A stretch of 28,715 bases of DNA, taken from NCBI GenBank assembly GCA_027492205.1, contig JAOZFN010000012.1:85340-114054 (forward strand). Reading direction: 5' to 3'. The stretch comes from Thermoproteota archaeon (GTDB taxonomy: Archaea > Korarchaeota > Korarchaeia > Korarchaeales > Korarchaeaceae). The notes below the pieces were generated by a model. It ran no database searches and was not told the DNA's origin. It saw only the letters and a program-made list of their open reading frames with translations. The position numbers were made by a program, and so were the translations under genes. Within the stretch, counting starts at the first letter, position 1, and every line of letters starts with the position of its first letter. Positions 9,223-18,903 of the stretch are shown here, piece by piece.

Positions 9223-10262
9223 ACATCGAATCCTCGGTAGGACAGGGATTCTAAAACGGGGTGGAAATCCGACGCGAGGAGAACGCGCTCAGAGGGGCTG
9301 ATACTCTCGATGAGATCGCGTGGATAGTCTCCGCTTAAGAATAGAATACCTCTCACGAAGCTCGGTCGACCGGCCAGCCCAAGGTGGAGCGGCGAAGCCC
9401 TCCTGGCTCTGGCCCACCCCGAAGCCTTGCCCCTCCACTGGATTGGCATCCCTAGGAGCGCCCGGTGTACCTTACTCCCGCGAACCCCAGATCCCAAGTC
9501 CCTCTCTGCCTGCCTTAGGGCCGATTCTGCCGACTTGGCCAACAACCTCCAGGGTTCTCGGCCCTGCGTGGGGGTTCCAGTCTGGAAGGTCAAGAAGACA
9601 GAGTGGGAGGGACTCTGCGCCGATGGCAAAACGACGGATCCTGACTTCCAGTCTGCCCTCGACACCCCGAGGGACTTGAGGAGTTCGCTCGCTGAGTCTG
9701 CCCATTCTTCCGGCGATGCAGATCCCGTTGCTTTTTTGGCAAGGGCCAAGAATTCTGACCCCCTCCCGTCGCACACGTAATCGTCAATCCTGAAGCTCCC
9801 GTAGCATCTTGCGGACCTGAAACCAAACCCTCCGAAGGTGACGGCCAGCGATATGGCTTTCGCGACTTCCTCAGAACCCTTCTTCCAGAGATCCGGCAGC
9901 CTGGGGTGCACCGTAAGCTCGAATTTCAAGGGGAAGTGAAATATCCTCCTGTACTTCCTGAGCATCCAGAGGAATGGATCTCTGCTGCCGAGCTCGATCT
10001 CACCCTTCTCGACCGCTCGGCTCTTAATGAAGACCGAAGAGGCCCTCGTAGCTCTCCCGCCACCGCCGAATAGGTTTCGTTCTTCCTCCTTCACCTTCCT
10101 CAGATCCACGTTGAGAACTGACAGCAAATACCAGCGATACCACCTCCTTAGGACGCCGCGAACAGTCAGGGTTCTGACCGCGAGGTCGTCTCCCTGCCTA
10201 CGTGAGTCCCCCATAGACGCCGGGGAAAGCGCCGTGAGGGAAACCCTGAGTTCCCCGCTCAT
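9216..10262 (-). CDS. cmr1: Cmr1 RAMP
   Basis: LSPASMG, VRGVLRRWYR, ERNLFG, GGFGFRSARCYGSF and RRASPL motifs. Confidence 0.92.
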   Translation of the reverse strand: MSGELRVSLTALSPASMGDSRRQGDDLAVRTLTVRGVLRRWYRWYLLSVLNVDLRKVKEEERNLFGGGGRATRASSVFIKSRAVEKGEIELGSRDPFLWMLRKYRRIFHFPLKFELTVHPRLPDLWKKGSEEVAKAISLAVTFGGFGFRSARCYGSFRIDDYVCDGRGSEFLALAKKATGSASPEEWADSASELLKSLGVSRADWKSGSVVLPSAQSPSHSVFLTFQTGTPTQGREPWRLLAKSAESALRQAERDLGSGVRGSKVHRALLGMPIQWRGKASGWARARRASPLHLGLAGRPSFVRGILFLSGDYPRDLIESISPSERVLLASDFHPVLESLSYRGFDVW

Positions 10263-10684
10263 GGCCCTCCACCTTTAAGGGTGGCCTCAGCAAGGAGCTT
10301 CAGGGGCTCGGCCAGCCTAAGGAGTTCGTCGTGGGCGATCATGAGCCCGGTTGGAGATAAACCGAGGAGGGCCTCCAGCGCACCATCGACTGTTACCTCC
10401 TGACCTAGCACGCCAACTTTCTTGAGCCACTCGATCAGTAGCGTCAGCATGATCCTGTTAGCCTCTGCTCTATCCCTCCCCTCACCGGCGGAGCCGCCCA
10501 CCCGACTTTCACCGATCGAGTTCTTCGTGACGAAGGCTATTGTCATGAGCACGCCGCTATTCACCAGCATTGCAGGGAGCTTCTGGGCCAGATTCTTGAA
10601 CTCCGATTGGAGATTATTGGATCTTTCTTTGACGTTCTTGATGTATTCAAGCGCAAAGCTCATTCGCTCTCTCTCGCCAATCAC
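10259..10684 (-). CDS. cmr5: Cmr5 small subunit
   Basis: FKNLAQKLPAMLVNSGVLMTIAF...LKLLAEA; lies between cmr4 and cmr1. Confidence 0.93.
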   Translation of the reverse strand: MIGERERMSFALEYIKNVKERSNNLQSEFKNLAQKLPAMLVNSGVLMTIAFVTKNSIGESRVGGSAGEGRDRAEANRIMLTLLIEWLKKVGVLGQEVTVDGALEALLGLSPTGLMIAHDELLRLAEPLKLLAEATLKGGGP

Positions 10685-11610
10685 CCTTCAGACCCCTCCC
10701 TCCTGCCTATTACCTTGAACTTGAGTAGCTCGACGAACCCCAGCCCGGTCGTCATGTCGCCGCCCATGTGCGCGGGCCCGGGCAGCTTCTGAAGCAGGCG
10801 GTCCAGCACCTGGTGATCGCCGAAGACGGAGAAGTAGAATATCGTCTCGGGTGGGATGTCCTCTTGGAACCACAGCGTGCTAACCGTCCCCGTCTCCTCG
10901 TTGATGGCTATGTGGGGGGTTATGCTGAGTCCCCTGCTCAGGAGGTGCCTGAAAGTGTCATCTGACACGATGGCCAACCTCTGCTTGATCTCGCCATACG
11001 GCGAGATGCCTTCAAAGGCCCTGTCCAGCGCTCTGGGCAGGTTAGGATCGGCCTGGAGGGCCACATCCTCTAGTATTACGTACTTCGTGCCCCTGAGATC
11101 CACTGTGATCGCGCTGTCTTCTGCGATCAGCGCCTTGCCGTCGTGGCCCCAAGCTACGCGTGGATACGTGGAGTTTGCCTGACCGCCTGTGAGTCGCTGA
11201 GCGAACTCGATGTCCCTGAAGAACCTGTTCACTATGAACGGACACGTCACCCAGGCAAAGACTCCCTCTAGGCTCTTGACCGCCAGGAATAGCAGCCTAG
11301 CATCGGTGAACAGGGCCATACCTGCCGACTCGCCGCCCTTCCCCATCTCGGGGCCGAATATCCTCCTAACCTCCACCTGTGAGAGGCCCTTCTTCGGAGC
11401 CCAGCTCCTCAGGGCCCCCTTAACGCTGGACCCGTATATCACGGGGAGGCCCGTGTGGGCCTCTCTCTGGACTGGAAGGTCCGCCAAACCAGAGACACTG
11501 GCCCCACTCCCCGGGTGGAGCGGAGTCAGCGCCCTGACCAGAAAAATCGCGGCGGACCTCGTCACGGTCGAGACCCTATTTCCAGCATCCGGCTGGACCT
11601 CAGAGTTCAT
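10681..11610 (-). CDS. cmr4: Cmr4 RAMP (target RNA cleavage)
   Basis: TPLHPGSG, ADLPVQRE (catalytic Asp present), GSSVKGALR, DARLLF and GGDMTTGLG motifs. Confidence 0.96.
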   Translation of the reverse strand: MNSEVQPDAGNRVSTVTRSAAIFLVRALTPLHPGSGASVSGLADLPVQREAHTGLPVIYGSSVKGALRSWAPKKGLSQVEVRRIFGPEMGKGGESAGMALFTDARLLFLAVKSLEGVFAWVTCPFIVNRFFRDIEFAQRLTGGQANSTYPRVAWGHDGKALIAEDSAITVDLRGTKYVILEDVALQADPNLPRALDRAFEGISPYGEIKQRLAIVSDDTFRHLLSRGLSITPHIAINEETGTVSTLWFQEDIPPETIFYFSVFGDHQVLDRLLQKLPGPAHMGGDMTTGLGFVELLKFKVIGRREGSEG

Positions 11611-12752
11611 GACACCACCTCCGAGTCGAAGCTCGGACTCGCACGAACCACCATGGGAGAGCCGAACCCCCTCTCCCAGAACAGAGACCTCCTCCAGAAG
11701 GCGAGGGTCAGCTCAAGCCGACTAGCCGGCTCGCCGAGCCTCACGTAATACACCGATCCAGGTGGGGCGGCCGAGTACATGGGGCGCGCCCTTCTAGCCT
11801 TGAGGCTCCAGCCGCTCAGCTTCCATGGCCTTCCGACTATCCAGAGGATGTGACCGTTCACCCGAACGTACTCCGGCCTGCCTGGTAGTCCTGACAGATC
11901 CGGGTGAGAGACCCCTACTCGCCCGTCCCTGTAGATGGCGGGGCTGAGTAGGACCAGCTTCACCACGTCTCCCGCCTCGAGTTCCTCATCCTGAAGCCAC
12001 GGAAGGGGCTCGGCCATGGTGTGAGTCGTGACCCGGGCTGGTCGGCCCTCTCCACCGAGGCGGACTATTCCATCCAGTTCTCTGAGTTCCTCTCCGCTCT
12101 TCCTCGAGATCAGGGCGCAGAACGAGATATCGGCCACCCCGCCGTTGACCATCACTTTAGGAGGCCTGAGGTGAACGCTCGTGTAGAGGAGGCCTTGCTC
12201 CGACGTTCCCGTTGTCTCGCTGATCGTGAGGCCTAGCCTCCTCTCCTCCGAGAGGGAGACGACATCCCTTACGGGATCTCCTATCTCCGGTTTCTCCTTC
12301 AGGTAAGCCCTGAGGGCCTCGAGGGAGAGCATGCCGCTCACGGGCTCGTCCTCCTTGGTCTGGACGATCGGAGGAAGCCAGCGGTGGTAGCCGCGGGCAT
12401 CCCTCTGAACTGGCTGCAGGACTCGGAGCGCCTTCCTCCCCCCAACGTCTCTCACGACGACATCCTGCGGGGGCCAGAACCAGAGCCTTCCGCTGCATCG
12501 TAGGAAGGGCCCGTAGAACGTGAAGTCGGTTGCCTCTCCACGCTCCTCCTCTGCCTCGCTCTTGCTCGCGCCGGCTGAACTCCAGTCTCCCGTGAGGGCG
12601 GCGTAGAGATATAGAGCGGCCCCCGACAGCGTCCAAGGAGTCGGAAACCGAAGCGTCGAACCCTGACCACCCCTACCCAGCCCTCTCGAGTCCCCAAAGA
12701 AAGAGGAGTCATAAGGGATCAGCTCGAGTAGAAGGGAAGGGATGCCCACCAT
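11607..12752 (-). CDS. cmr3: Cmr3
   Basis: PYDSSFFG, FPTPWTLSGA, RLGGEGR, LLSPAI, SGW, PPGSVYY and GFG motifs. Confidence 0.95.
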   Translation of the reverse strand: MVGIPSLLLELIPYDSSFFGDSRGLGRGGQGSTLRFPTPWTLSGAALYLYAALTGDWSSAGASKSEAEEERGEATDFTFYGPFLRCSGRLWFWPPQDVVVRDVGGRKALRVLQPVQRDARGYHRWLPPIVQTKEDEPVSGMLSLEALRAYLKEKPEIGDPVRDVVSLSEERRLGLTISETTGTSEQGLLYTSVHLRPPKVMVNGGVADISFCALISRKSGEELRELDGIVRLGGEGRPARVTTHTMAEPLPWLQDEELEAGDVVKLVLLSPAIYRDGRVGVSHPDLSGLPGRPEYVRVNGHILWIVGRPWKLSGWSLKARRARPMYSAAPPGSVYYVRLGEPASRLELTLAFWRRSLFWERGFGSPMVVRASPSFDSEVVS

Positions 12753-15700
12753 CAGCCGCTCACCCCCCTCAAGACCTCTGAGAGATCCATCCTGAGCGCC
12801 TTGTTGAAGTTCAGGGCCTTCCTCACGCTTATTCCCCCTTGAGTTGAGGAGAACCGCCAGTAGAGCCCTAAGAGTTCTTGAACAACTCCAGAGGCCTCGT
12901 ACTCTTTTCCAGAACTGGGATGAATGTTTCTAGCTATCGCCATGTGGATCAGTAAGCGCACTATCCCCAGGTTCTCCTGGGCTACGGCTCCGGCCGCGGA
13001 GACCGTGCGGTCGACCAGCCCGAGGATCTCCTCGATGTCTCTGACCGCGTTCTTGCTCAGCCGAACGCCTCCCACGCCGCGAGTGAGTTCCAGGATCCTC
13101 CTCTCCACCGCCTCAAGGGGTCCCCCGCGCGGCTCCGCACACGTACTTCTGGGATCAGCGACCTCGACCTCCCTGAGGCTTAGAACCGCCCGCTCCTCGG
13201 CGAGAGATCTGGATAGTTTCGTGAGGGATATCCGGCCTTTCTCCCGGAGGTCGGCTTCCTCTCCTTCCAGAACCTCTCCCTTGGCTACCTTCTCTTCCAG
13301 CCTAACTCTCTCCAGAGACTCCCACATGGGAACTAGCCTGTGAGAGATCACCAGTCCCGCGCTAAGAGTGGCTAAGCGGCCCATCCCTAGAGAAAGGCCC
13401 TCTTCAGTTGAGACCACTTCCGCAGAGAAGACGCGGTATATCCTCTCTACCACGGATAACGGAGTGTTCTCCGGATCATTTGCAGGTATGACGGCGAGCA
13501 GGTCGTCGCCCCCGGAGTAGAACACCACGCCGCCTGCCTCCTCGATAAGACGCGGGAAGACCCTTCGCGCTAGCCCAGCCAGTATCCTGCTCAGGGAGCG
13601 GTGGAGAGATGGGGTCATGAGTCGATGCGTCTCAACGACCCTGGGGCTCGCCCCGCTCTCTCTGAACCTGGCGACCACCCGGGGGTGTAGCCGGCCCCCG
13701 ATCATCAGGCCCAGCTGGGCGAACTTCCTTCCGGAGATCCAGAGGCCCATGTCGTCCCCGTCCGCCTTGATGAAGGCCACGTAGTTCGAGGGAGCCCTCG
13801 CCACGCCCCTGGACTTCATCTCGTTTGCTAGCAGGTCTAAGACGTTCAAGACTGCCTTCACGGCCTCTCTGCCATCTCTCAGAAGGTTGGTAAGTTCGTC
13901 CCCCGTAATTACATCCTCAAGCAGTTCTAGATCACGCAGGGCAGCCTCCCACTTGGCCCTATACAGGAAAGACCCGGGAATCCCAATCCTCTCCAGCCTC
14001 TCCCTGATCGCGCTCAGGAACTCGCCCTCGACCGCCTTATCTCCCTCGATCTCGGAGAGTATCTGCCAAGCGTCCGACTCGACCCCCGCGAGGCCGCTGA
14101 GTCTCAGTTCTGAGAGGCGGGGGATTCCAGCGAGCCTGTCTGAAAGCCTGACGATGGCGGCGAGGGCTTCTGAGACCTTCATCTTGATGCTCTCTCTGAG
14201 GTCCTCGGGAAGCCCCTCGAGGGAAGACCTGAAGGGCCTGGCCGCTATGTCATCCAGGGTCGGGAGGGGACCTAGCTCAGAGAGAATCACCCCCCGCCTG
14301 AGGATGCGCTCTAGCTTGTCTCTGGGGCTCGCGGCGCCTCCCCTTTGCAGAATTCTGCTCCACAGCCTGATCAGAATCTGATACCTCCTGAACGCTCTCT
14401 TAATTAGGCAAACTGCGCAGAGTGGCTCTTCAGGTGATAGGAGCCAACCGACGGGTGAACCCCTCTGCCTGAGCTGCCTCACAAGCTCTCTCCATCCCTC
14501 CTCTGCACGGCTCGCTCCAACCGCAGGCAGGACGAGGGGGTTTCTAGAGCCACAGAGCCTGCATCTCCTGGAGACCTTCAAACCTCCCTCTTCTGATGGC
14601 TCCTCATGCTCAGAGAACGGTTCCGCAAGCTTCTCGGCTCTCACCCTAATTGCAAGCACGGAGTACGCTACAGGGTAGAAGAGGGTCGGTCGGGGCACGT
14701 AGCCGTGCCGGAGATCCTCCATCAGCACGGTAGTCAGGTCATCTAGCACGGATCCTGAATCTCGCAAGCTTTCATCCCATCCAAGGGCCTTTGTGGGTAT
14801 CAGGTTCTTCAGGGTCTCCCGAACGGCCTCCCTTACCTCAGAGTCGCTGAGCCCTTGGCAGCGCTCCCTCAGTTCGCTCCAGAACTCCCTCACATCTTCT
14901 AGTGTGACGTGAGCGACCCTTACTTGAAGGGGGTACGGCAGCCCATCCCCGAGCTGGCGACGCCACTGGAAGGAAATCTCCGAACTCAGTTCACCGAAGA
15001 TCTCCTCTAGGACGATGTCGCCCAGACTCTTTAACAGAGACTGGATCGCCTCTTTGACTCTCCTCTCTAGCTCCCCTACCCTTTCTTCGGGTGCGACAAA
15101 GAGGAACGTTGCAGGGACGGCCGGCACAAGGAGGTTCTTTACCAGAGCATTGAGTCCGTCCCCTCCGCCCCAGAGGGACGTCAGCTCCTCGTCGGTGAGG
15201 ACCCCCTCCGAGTAGAGGTAGAGATCCACAAGAGGGTCCCCGCGGAGATCTGGATAAATCAGTGCGTCGGGTCCAAGCTCGCGAACAACCATCATTATTC
15301 CGGCCATGGCCAAAGAACTCACCAGATAGCTGGAGGCCCAGAGATCCCTGACCCTCCTGCTCTGCCGCAGGAACTCCTGCACGCCGCCTATGTCCACCAT
15401 CACCAGCGCGGGCCTATCGACTGTGAAGGCGGCGGTGGTCACAAGGTGATCGAATATGCTGTGATCCGGCAGCCTGGAGTCGGCCGGGACAAGATGAGTC
15501 AGAGAGAACTCAGCCGGACCTCCAGGCTTAATCCCGACTGACTCAACCCATAGGCGAGGGAGCATTCTCCAGAGGTAGAGGAACTCCCTGCGTCTATCTC
15601 CACTCAGCCTGCGGTGAACGACACGGAGCCTCTGAGACAGCGCCTCCTGCAAGTCGGCCAGGGACCTGTGGAGTAGGTTCGTTCTTAGGACGTCCCTGAG

Positions 15701-16027
15701 CTTCTGAGAACCGTGCAAGCACGGCTTCCCCAAGAGCTCAGCGGAACTCATGGGGTGAAAGAAGATCTCGGCTGGCCCTTCCTCGCGCTCCCCGCTACCC
15801 CACTGAACCTCGCCCGTCTCTTCCCTTGAGAGAACAGTCCTATCCGCTGCTGAAGCCAACCAGTCGGCCTCTCTGACCCTATCCAGTCCAGAATCCGAGA
15901 GACCCAACGAGGACCTGAGCTCTTGGGCTGCACGCTCGTGCGCCCTGATCCCGAGGACTTTGAACGGGGGGTCGTGGAGGAGGGCGCATAGCTTGACTTC
16001 CCAGTAATTGGGGGGGCTTGCGCCCAT
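12752..16027 (-). CDS. cas10: Cas10/Cmr2 with HD domain, Zn finger and intact GGDD cyclase motif
   Basis: LLHDPPFK, PADSRLPDHSIFDHL, GVQEFLRQSRRVRDLWASSYLVS, CRLCG/CAVC, KADGDDMG and YSGGDDLLA motifs. Confidence 0.97.
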   Translation of the reverse strand: MGASPPNYWEVKLCALLHDPPFKVLGIRAHERAAQELRSSLGLSDSGLDRVREADWLASAADRTVLSREETGEVQWGSGEREEGPAEIFFHPMSSAELLGKPCLHGSQKLRDVLRTNLLHRSLADLQEALSQRLRVVHRRLSGDRRREFLYLWRMLPRLWVESVGIKPGGPAEFSLTHLVPADSRLPDHSIFDHLVTTAAFTVDRPALVMVDIGGVQEFLRQSRRVRDLWASSYLVSSLAMAGIMMVVRELGPDALIYPDLRGDPLVDLYLYSEGVLTDEELTSLWGGGDGLNALVKNLLVPAVPATFLFVAPEERVGELERRVKEAIQSLLKSLGDIVLEEIFGELSSEISFQWRRQLGDGLPYPLQVRVAHVTLEDVREFWSELRERCQGLSDSEVREAVRETLKNLIPTKALGWDESLRDSGSVLDDLTTVLMEDLRHGYVPRPTLFYPVAYSVLAIRVRAEKLAEPFSEHEEPSEEGGLKVSRRCRLCGSRNPLVLPAVGASRAEEGWRELVRQLRQRGSPVGWLLSPEEPLCAVCLIKRAFRRYQILIRLWSRILQRGGAASPRDKLERILRRGVILSELGPLPTLDDIAARPFRSSLEGLPEDLRESIKMKVSEALAAIVRLSDRLAGIPRLSELRLSGLAGVESDAWQILSEIEGDKAVEGEFLSAIRERLERIGIPGSFLYRAKWEAALRDLELLEDVITGDELTNLLRDGREAVKAVLNVLDLLANEMKSRGVARAPSNYVAFIKADGDDMGLWISGRKFAQLGLMIGGRLHPRVVARFRESGASPRVVETHRLMTPSLHRSLSRILAGLARRVFPRLIEEAGGVVFYSGGDDLLAVIPANDPENTPLSVVERIYRVFSAEVVSTEEGLSLGMGRLATLSAGLVISHRLVPMWESLERVRLEEKVAKGEVLEGEEADLREKGRISLTKLSRSLAEERAVLSLREVEVADPRSTCAEPRGGPLEAVERRILELTRGVGGVRLSKNAVRDIEEILGLVDRTVSAAGAVAQENLGIVRLLIHMAIARNIHPSSGKEYEASGVVQELLGLYWRFSSTQGGISVRKALNFNKALRMDLSEVLRGVSG

Positions 16028-16046
16028 CTGTGCTCGCCGCTGCCGA

Positions 16047-16129
16047 CCGGCTCACCTTATTAACGAAATGGCGCAGTTCTTTCAGCCTACGGGTCGCTTA
16101 CTGAAATTTCTGGCTGACCGATTAATAGG
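16047..16129. promoter_or_regulatory. Bidirectional promoter for cmr2 and the 16153 operon
   Basis: TTAATA on minus (16063-16058) and on plus (16122-16127), with the inverted repeat TTTCAG(16080-85)/CTGAAA(16101-06) midway. Confidence 0.65.
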
Positions 16130-16152
16130 ATAGGGGGCCTCACTGGTGAGGG

Positions 16153-17382
16153 ATGGTCGAACCTTCTAACCGAGAGAATGGGCCTAGAGAAGAAGAAAGG
16201 GCCTGCCTCTACCTGGAGAAGTGGTTTCGGGTGTTTTACAGGGATCTCACGGCCGCGCAGGGGGCGGCCTTGGAGTTGGACGCCCTAGCGGTGGTCGACC
16301 CGGCCTCTCTGCTCTGCTCTCCTGATCTGGAGTCAATCCGCCCGATGATAGTCCAAGTGGAGGAGAAGCGTAAGATAGGGAGTGAGGGCGTGCTAGACGC
16401 GTACAGGAGCCTAGGCATGTACCCTGGCGGGCGCCCCTTCATCCTCCTCGGGGATGGGGTAACGATGCAGGACGCGAAGAACTCTCTCGGTGGACTGGGC
16501 AGGTTGCAGCTCCCTCCGATTGTCGTCGGACCCCGATTGATTCAGGTCCTCCGTGTCCAGCGGCTGGACGAGAAGTATGGTGAGGTAGCAAATCTCCTGA
16601 AGATACTTCTCCTAACCTCGGCCTGCGGACTGTCTTTGGATGTTGTAGAGAAGATGTTGGCCTGGGCCAACCTCAAGACCATGCCGAGATTGAGGTTTCT
16701 GCTGAGCCTCCTCCGCCCAACAACGCTTGAAGAGTTCAGGAGGGAGTTACCCCAGATCCTTGATGAAATGAAATCGGAGATTCAAGAACTCGATGTAGGC
16801 AGTACAGAGACCAGATCAGAGTGGGGAGGAAACTCCCCTCCCACGCTCTTCGCCCTCGTGGGTATCGCCCGCTCTCCCAGGCTAATGAAAAGATTCTGGG
16901 CGCCTGCCGCCGCCGAGTTTGTCCTTCGCCGAAGATACAAGCGGGTCTTTGTGATCCACTCCGGAGATGAGAGGAGTGAAGAGACCGCGAAGAGGCTGGG
17001 GGAACTCGTAGAAGATCGGCTCAAACGCTCGGGCGCGGAGGCCCAGTTACTGGTCTATGGGCCAAGCAGAGAGTCTCGGGAATCCATTTTGAGATCCTAC
17101 CTGAGCGCGATAAGTCAAGTTGTAAGAGATTTTGGGGAGATAACGCTCTACCCGATAGATCTGGCATTCATTGGAGAGCTGGAAAAGACTGTCGTGCTGA
17201 AGATCGTTGAGAGCCTCTCGTCACGTGGGCATCTCCAACTAGAGGGCGGGGGTGGAAGCCTTGGGGTGTCAAATCTCTTCTGCGGGATTCACGGGATCAC
17301 ATGCATAGAAGCGGGGGGAGGTGAGGAGTTCCTTGAGCACGGGTTCATATTCGAGCGAGTTTGGCCTCTTGGCCAGGCTTAG
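16153..17382 (+). CDS. Hypothetical protein; putative N-terminal PD-(D/E)xK (Mrr-like) nuclease + C-terminal CARF-like domain
   Basis: 409-aa ORF with GGTGA RBS. Nuclease-like EERACLYL...ELDALAV...IVQVEEK...RPFILL. CARF-like TLFALVG...KRVFVIHSGDERSEETAKRL...LQLEGGGG. The ORF is solid; the domain calls are inferred. Confidence 0.6.
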   Translation: MVEPSNRENGPREEERACLYLEKWFRVFYRDLTAAQGAALELDALAVVDPASLLCSPDLESIRPMIVQVEEKRKIGSEGVLDAYRSLGMYPGGRPFILLGDGVTMQDAKNSLGGLGRLQLPPIVVGPRLIQVLRVQRLDEKYGEVANLLKILLLTSACGLSLDVVEKMLAWANLKTMPRLRFLLSLLRPTTLEEFRRELPQILDEMKSEIQELDVGSTETRSEWGGNSPPTLFALVGIARSPRLMKRFWAPAAAEFVLRRRYKRVFVIHSGDERSEETAKRLGELVEDRLKRSGAEAQLLVYGPSRESRESILRSYLSAISQVVRDFGEITLYPIDLAFIGELEKTVVLKIVESLSSRGHLQLEGGGGSLGVSNLFCGIHGITCIEAGGGEEFLEHGFIFERVWPLGQA

Positions 17383-18715
17383 GGACCCAGTCGTAGACCG
17401 GGCAGATGCCACGCGCTGGAGACTTCCAGACCTCTTCTTTTGGTTCGCCTCCGGTATTACGGCGGCCGCGTTCAGTGGTAGGGACGACATCAGCGACGTC
17501 GGAGCATGGGTGAGGGCCTTCGCGGGAGGTGGCGCTGGATCAGTGAACTCACGCTTGGTCGTGTGGCGAAAGAGGAGGGGAGTCGTCGAGTGGAAAAGAA
17601 TCGCATTCTTGAGGTGGCTTGAGCTGACCCCGTTCTCCATGTTCTCTCCCGACTCTCTCCTCTTCCCAGTCAGTGGGGAGTTGGAAGGGGGGGTGGAACT
17701 CCACGCGCTACTGAAACAGGGCTTCATTGTGGACGAGTCGGTGCTCCCCGATAGAGAACTCCAGGTATCCCCGGTAGGTCTCCTCTCTACAGCGGTACCC
17801 GCAGTGAGGTCGGGGATGAGTCTCATAATAGGAGCCCTGCAGGCTGCCCTAGCCAGAATTCTGTGGATCAGGACCGGACTGGGGCAGTTTGACGTAAAGG
17901 TGGCTGTTGGAGATGCCATAGCCTCCCTGCTTGGATACTTCAGGATCAACCTGAGGTCTAGCCCACCGTCAGCGATTGGCGACTTCACTACGAGCGTCAT
18001 CTCCCCGATAGATCGAGGACTGGCTCAGGCCGGTCTGCGAGGGCTCGTCGCAATTCTGGACAAGGGGTCCGTCTGGTCCCAGCCAAGTCAGGGTGAGCTG
18101 ACGTGGCTCGAGGGCTTCCTCAGGTGGACTTCCGACGTGCCTGAAGGAGGATTCAACGTCAGAATACCAAGACAGCTGCTGGGAAGGATCATTAAGGTTA
18201 GCAGAGAGAGAATGTCAAGGGACGGATGGATAGAGAGTTTCATCTCAAAGGCGGCAGATGAAGTGGCCGAACTCGCGGGAGGACGGGGAGCCGAAACCGG
18301 GATTGTTGTCGAGTTCTCCGAGCAGATGAACCTCATTGACCTGTACGTTTTAGATCGGGCCTTGGGAGAAAGTTTAAGAGAGGTCATTGCAATATTCACC
18401 CCCCTCTCCCTGCTTACGAGCTTCCCCCACCTCTATCAGTCGGCGAACTACCGGGAGGTCACCGGACGGGAACTCAGGCTAGGAGTGGGTCCACTTGGAG
18501 TCACGTGCATACTGTCCTCGGGAACCGACAGATGGATACACGAGAAGGCCGTGGGATGGGCCCTTCGTTCGCTCAAGGAAAGGGGGTACTCCAATATCGT
18601 CTACTGGCCGAACGGATCGACGCTTCAGGTCGCGGTGGGTCGCCTAGTTGCGGAGAGGGAGAGCGCAACAGTCCTCCCTCCGGCAGCGGCCCTAGGGAGG
18701 TTTGGAGAGAAATGA
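17321..18715 (+). CDS. Hypothetical protein; possible internal wHTH + C-terminal CARF-like domain
   Basis: 464-aa ORF (start could be TTG 17369). Wing-like ALLKQGFIV...LQVSPVG. Rossmann-like GIVVEFS, REVIAIFTPLS and NIVYWPNGSTLQVAVGRLVAERE. Confidence 0.55.
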   Translation: MRSSLSTGSYSSEFGLLARLRDPVVDRADATRWRLPDLFFWFASGITAAAFSGRDDISDVGAWVRAFAGGGAGSVNSRLVVWRKRRGVVEWKRIAFLRWLELTPFSMFSPDSLLFPVSGELEGGVELHALLKQGFIVDESVLPDRELQVSPVGLLSTAVPAVRSGMSLIIGALQAALARILWIRTGLGQFDVKVAVGDAIASLLGYFRINLRSSPPSAIGDFTTSVISPIDRGLAQAGLRGLVAILDKGSVWSQPSQGELTWLEGFLRWTSDVPEGGFNVRIPRQLLGRIIKVSRERMSRDGWIESFISKAADEVAELAGGRGAETGIVVEFSEQMNLIDLYVLDRALGESLREVIAIFTPLSLLTSFPHLYQSANYREVTGRELRLGVGPLGVTCILSSGTDRWIHEKAVGWALRSLKERGYSNIVYWPNGSTLQVAVGRLVAERESATVLPPAAALGRFGEK

Positions 18716-18903
18716 GGGCGCGTAAGAAGAGAGGGCGGGGGCGTGGCGCAAGGGCCTTGGGAGCCTACCGTGCAACCACTCCCGAGCGCCCCCGTCCGTC
18801 GACAATGAAGAGTTACTCAGATAAAAGAGTGCGCTGCCTCCCCGGGCCAGCGAGTTGGTGTCTAATGCGGGCCGCACCGAAGGGCTACTCGAGTCGGTGC
18901 GTA

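Noticed and set aside
16285-16320. PIN-domain reading of LAVVDPASLL
   Set aside because: The surrounding pattern fits a PD-(D/E)xK fold better, and other PIN acidic motifs are not evident
18505-18903. N-terminal extension of the 598-aa ORF
   Set aside because: It overlaps the upstream gene by 211 nt and reads as low-quality sequence; 18712 remains a possible start
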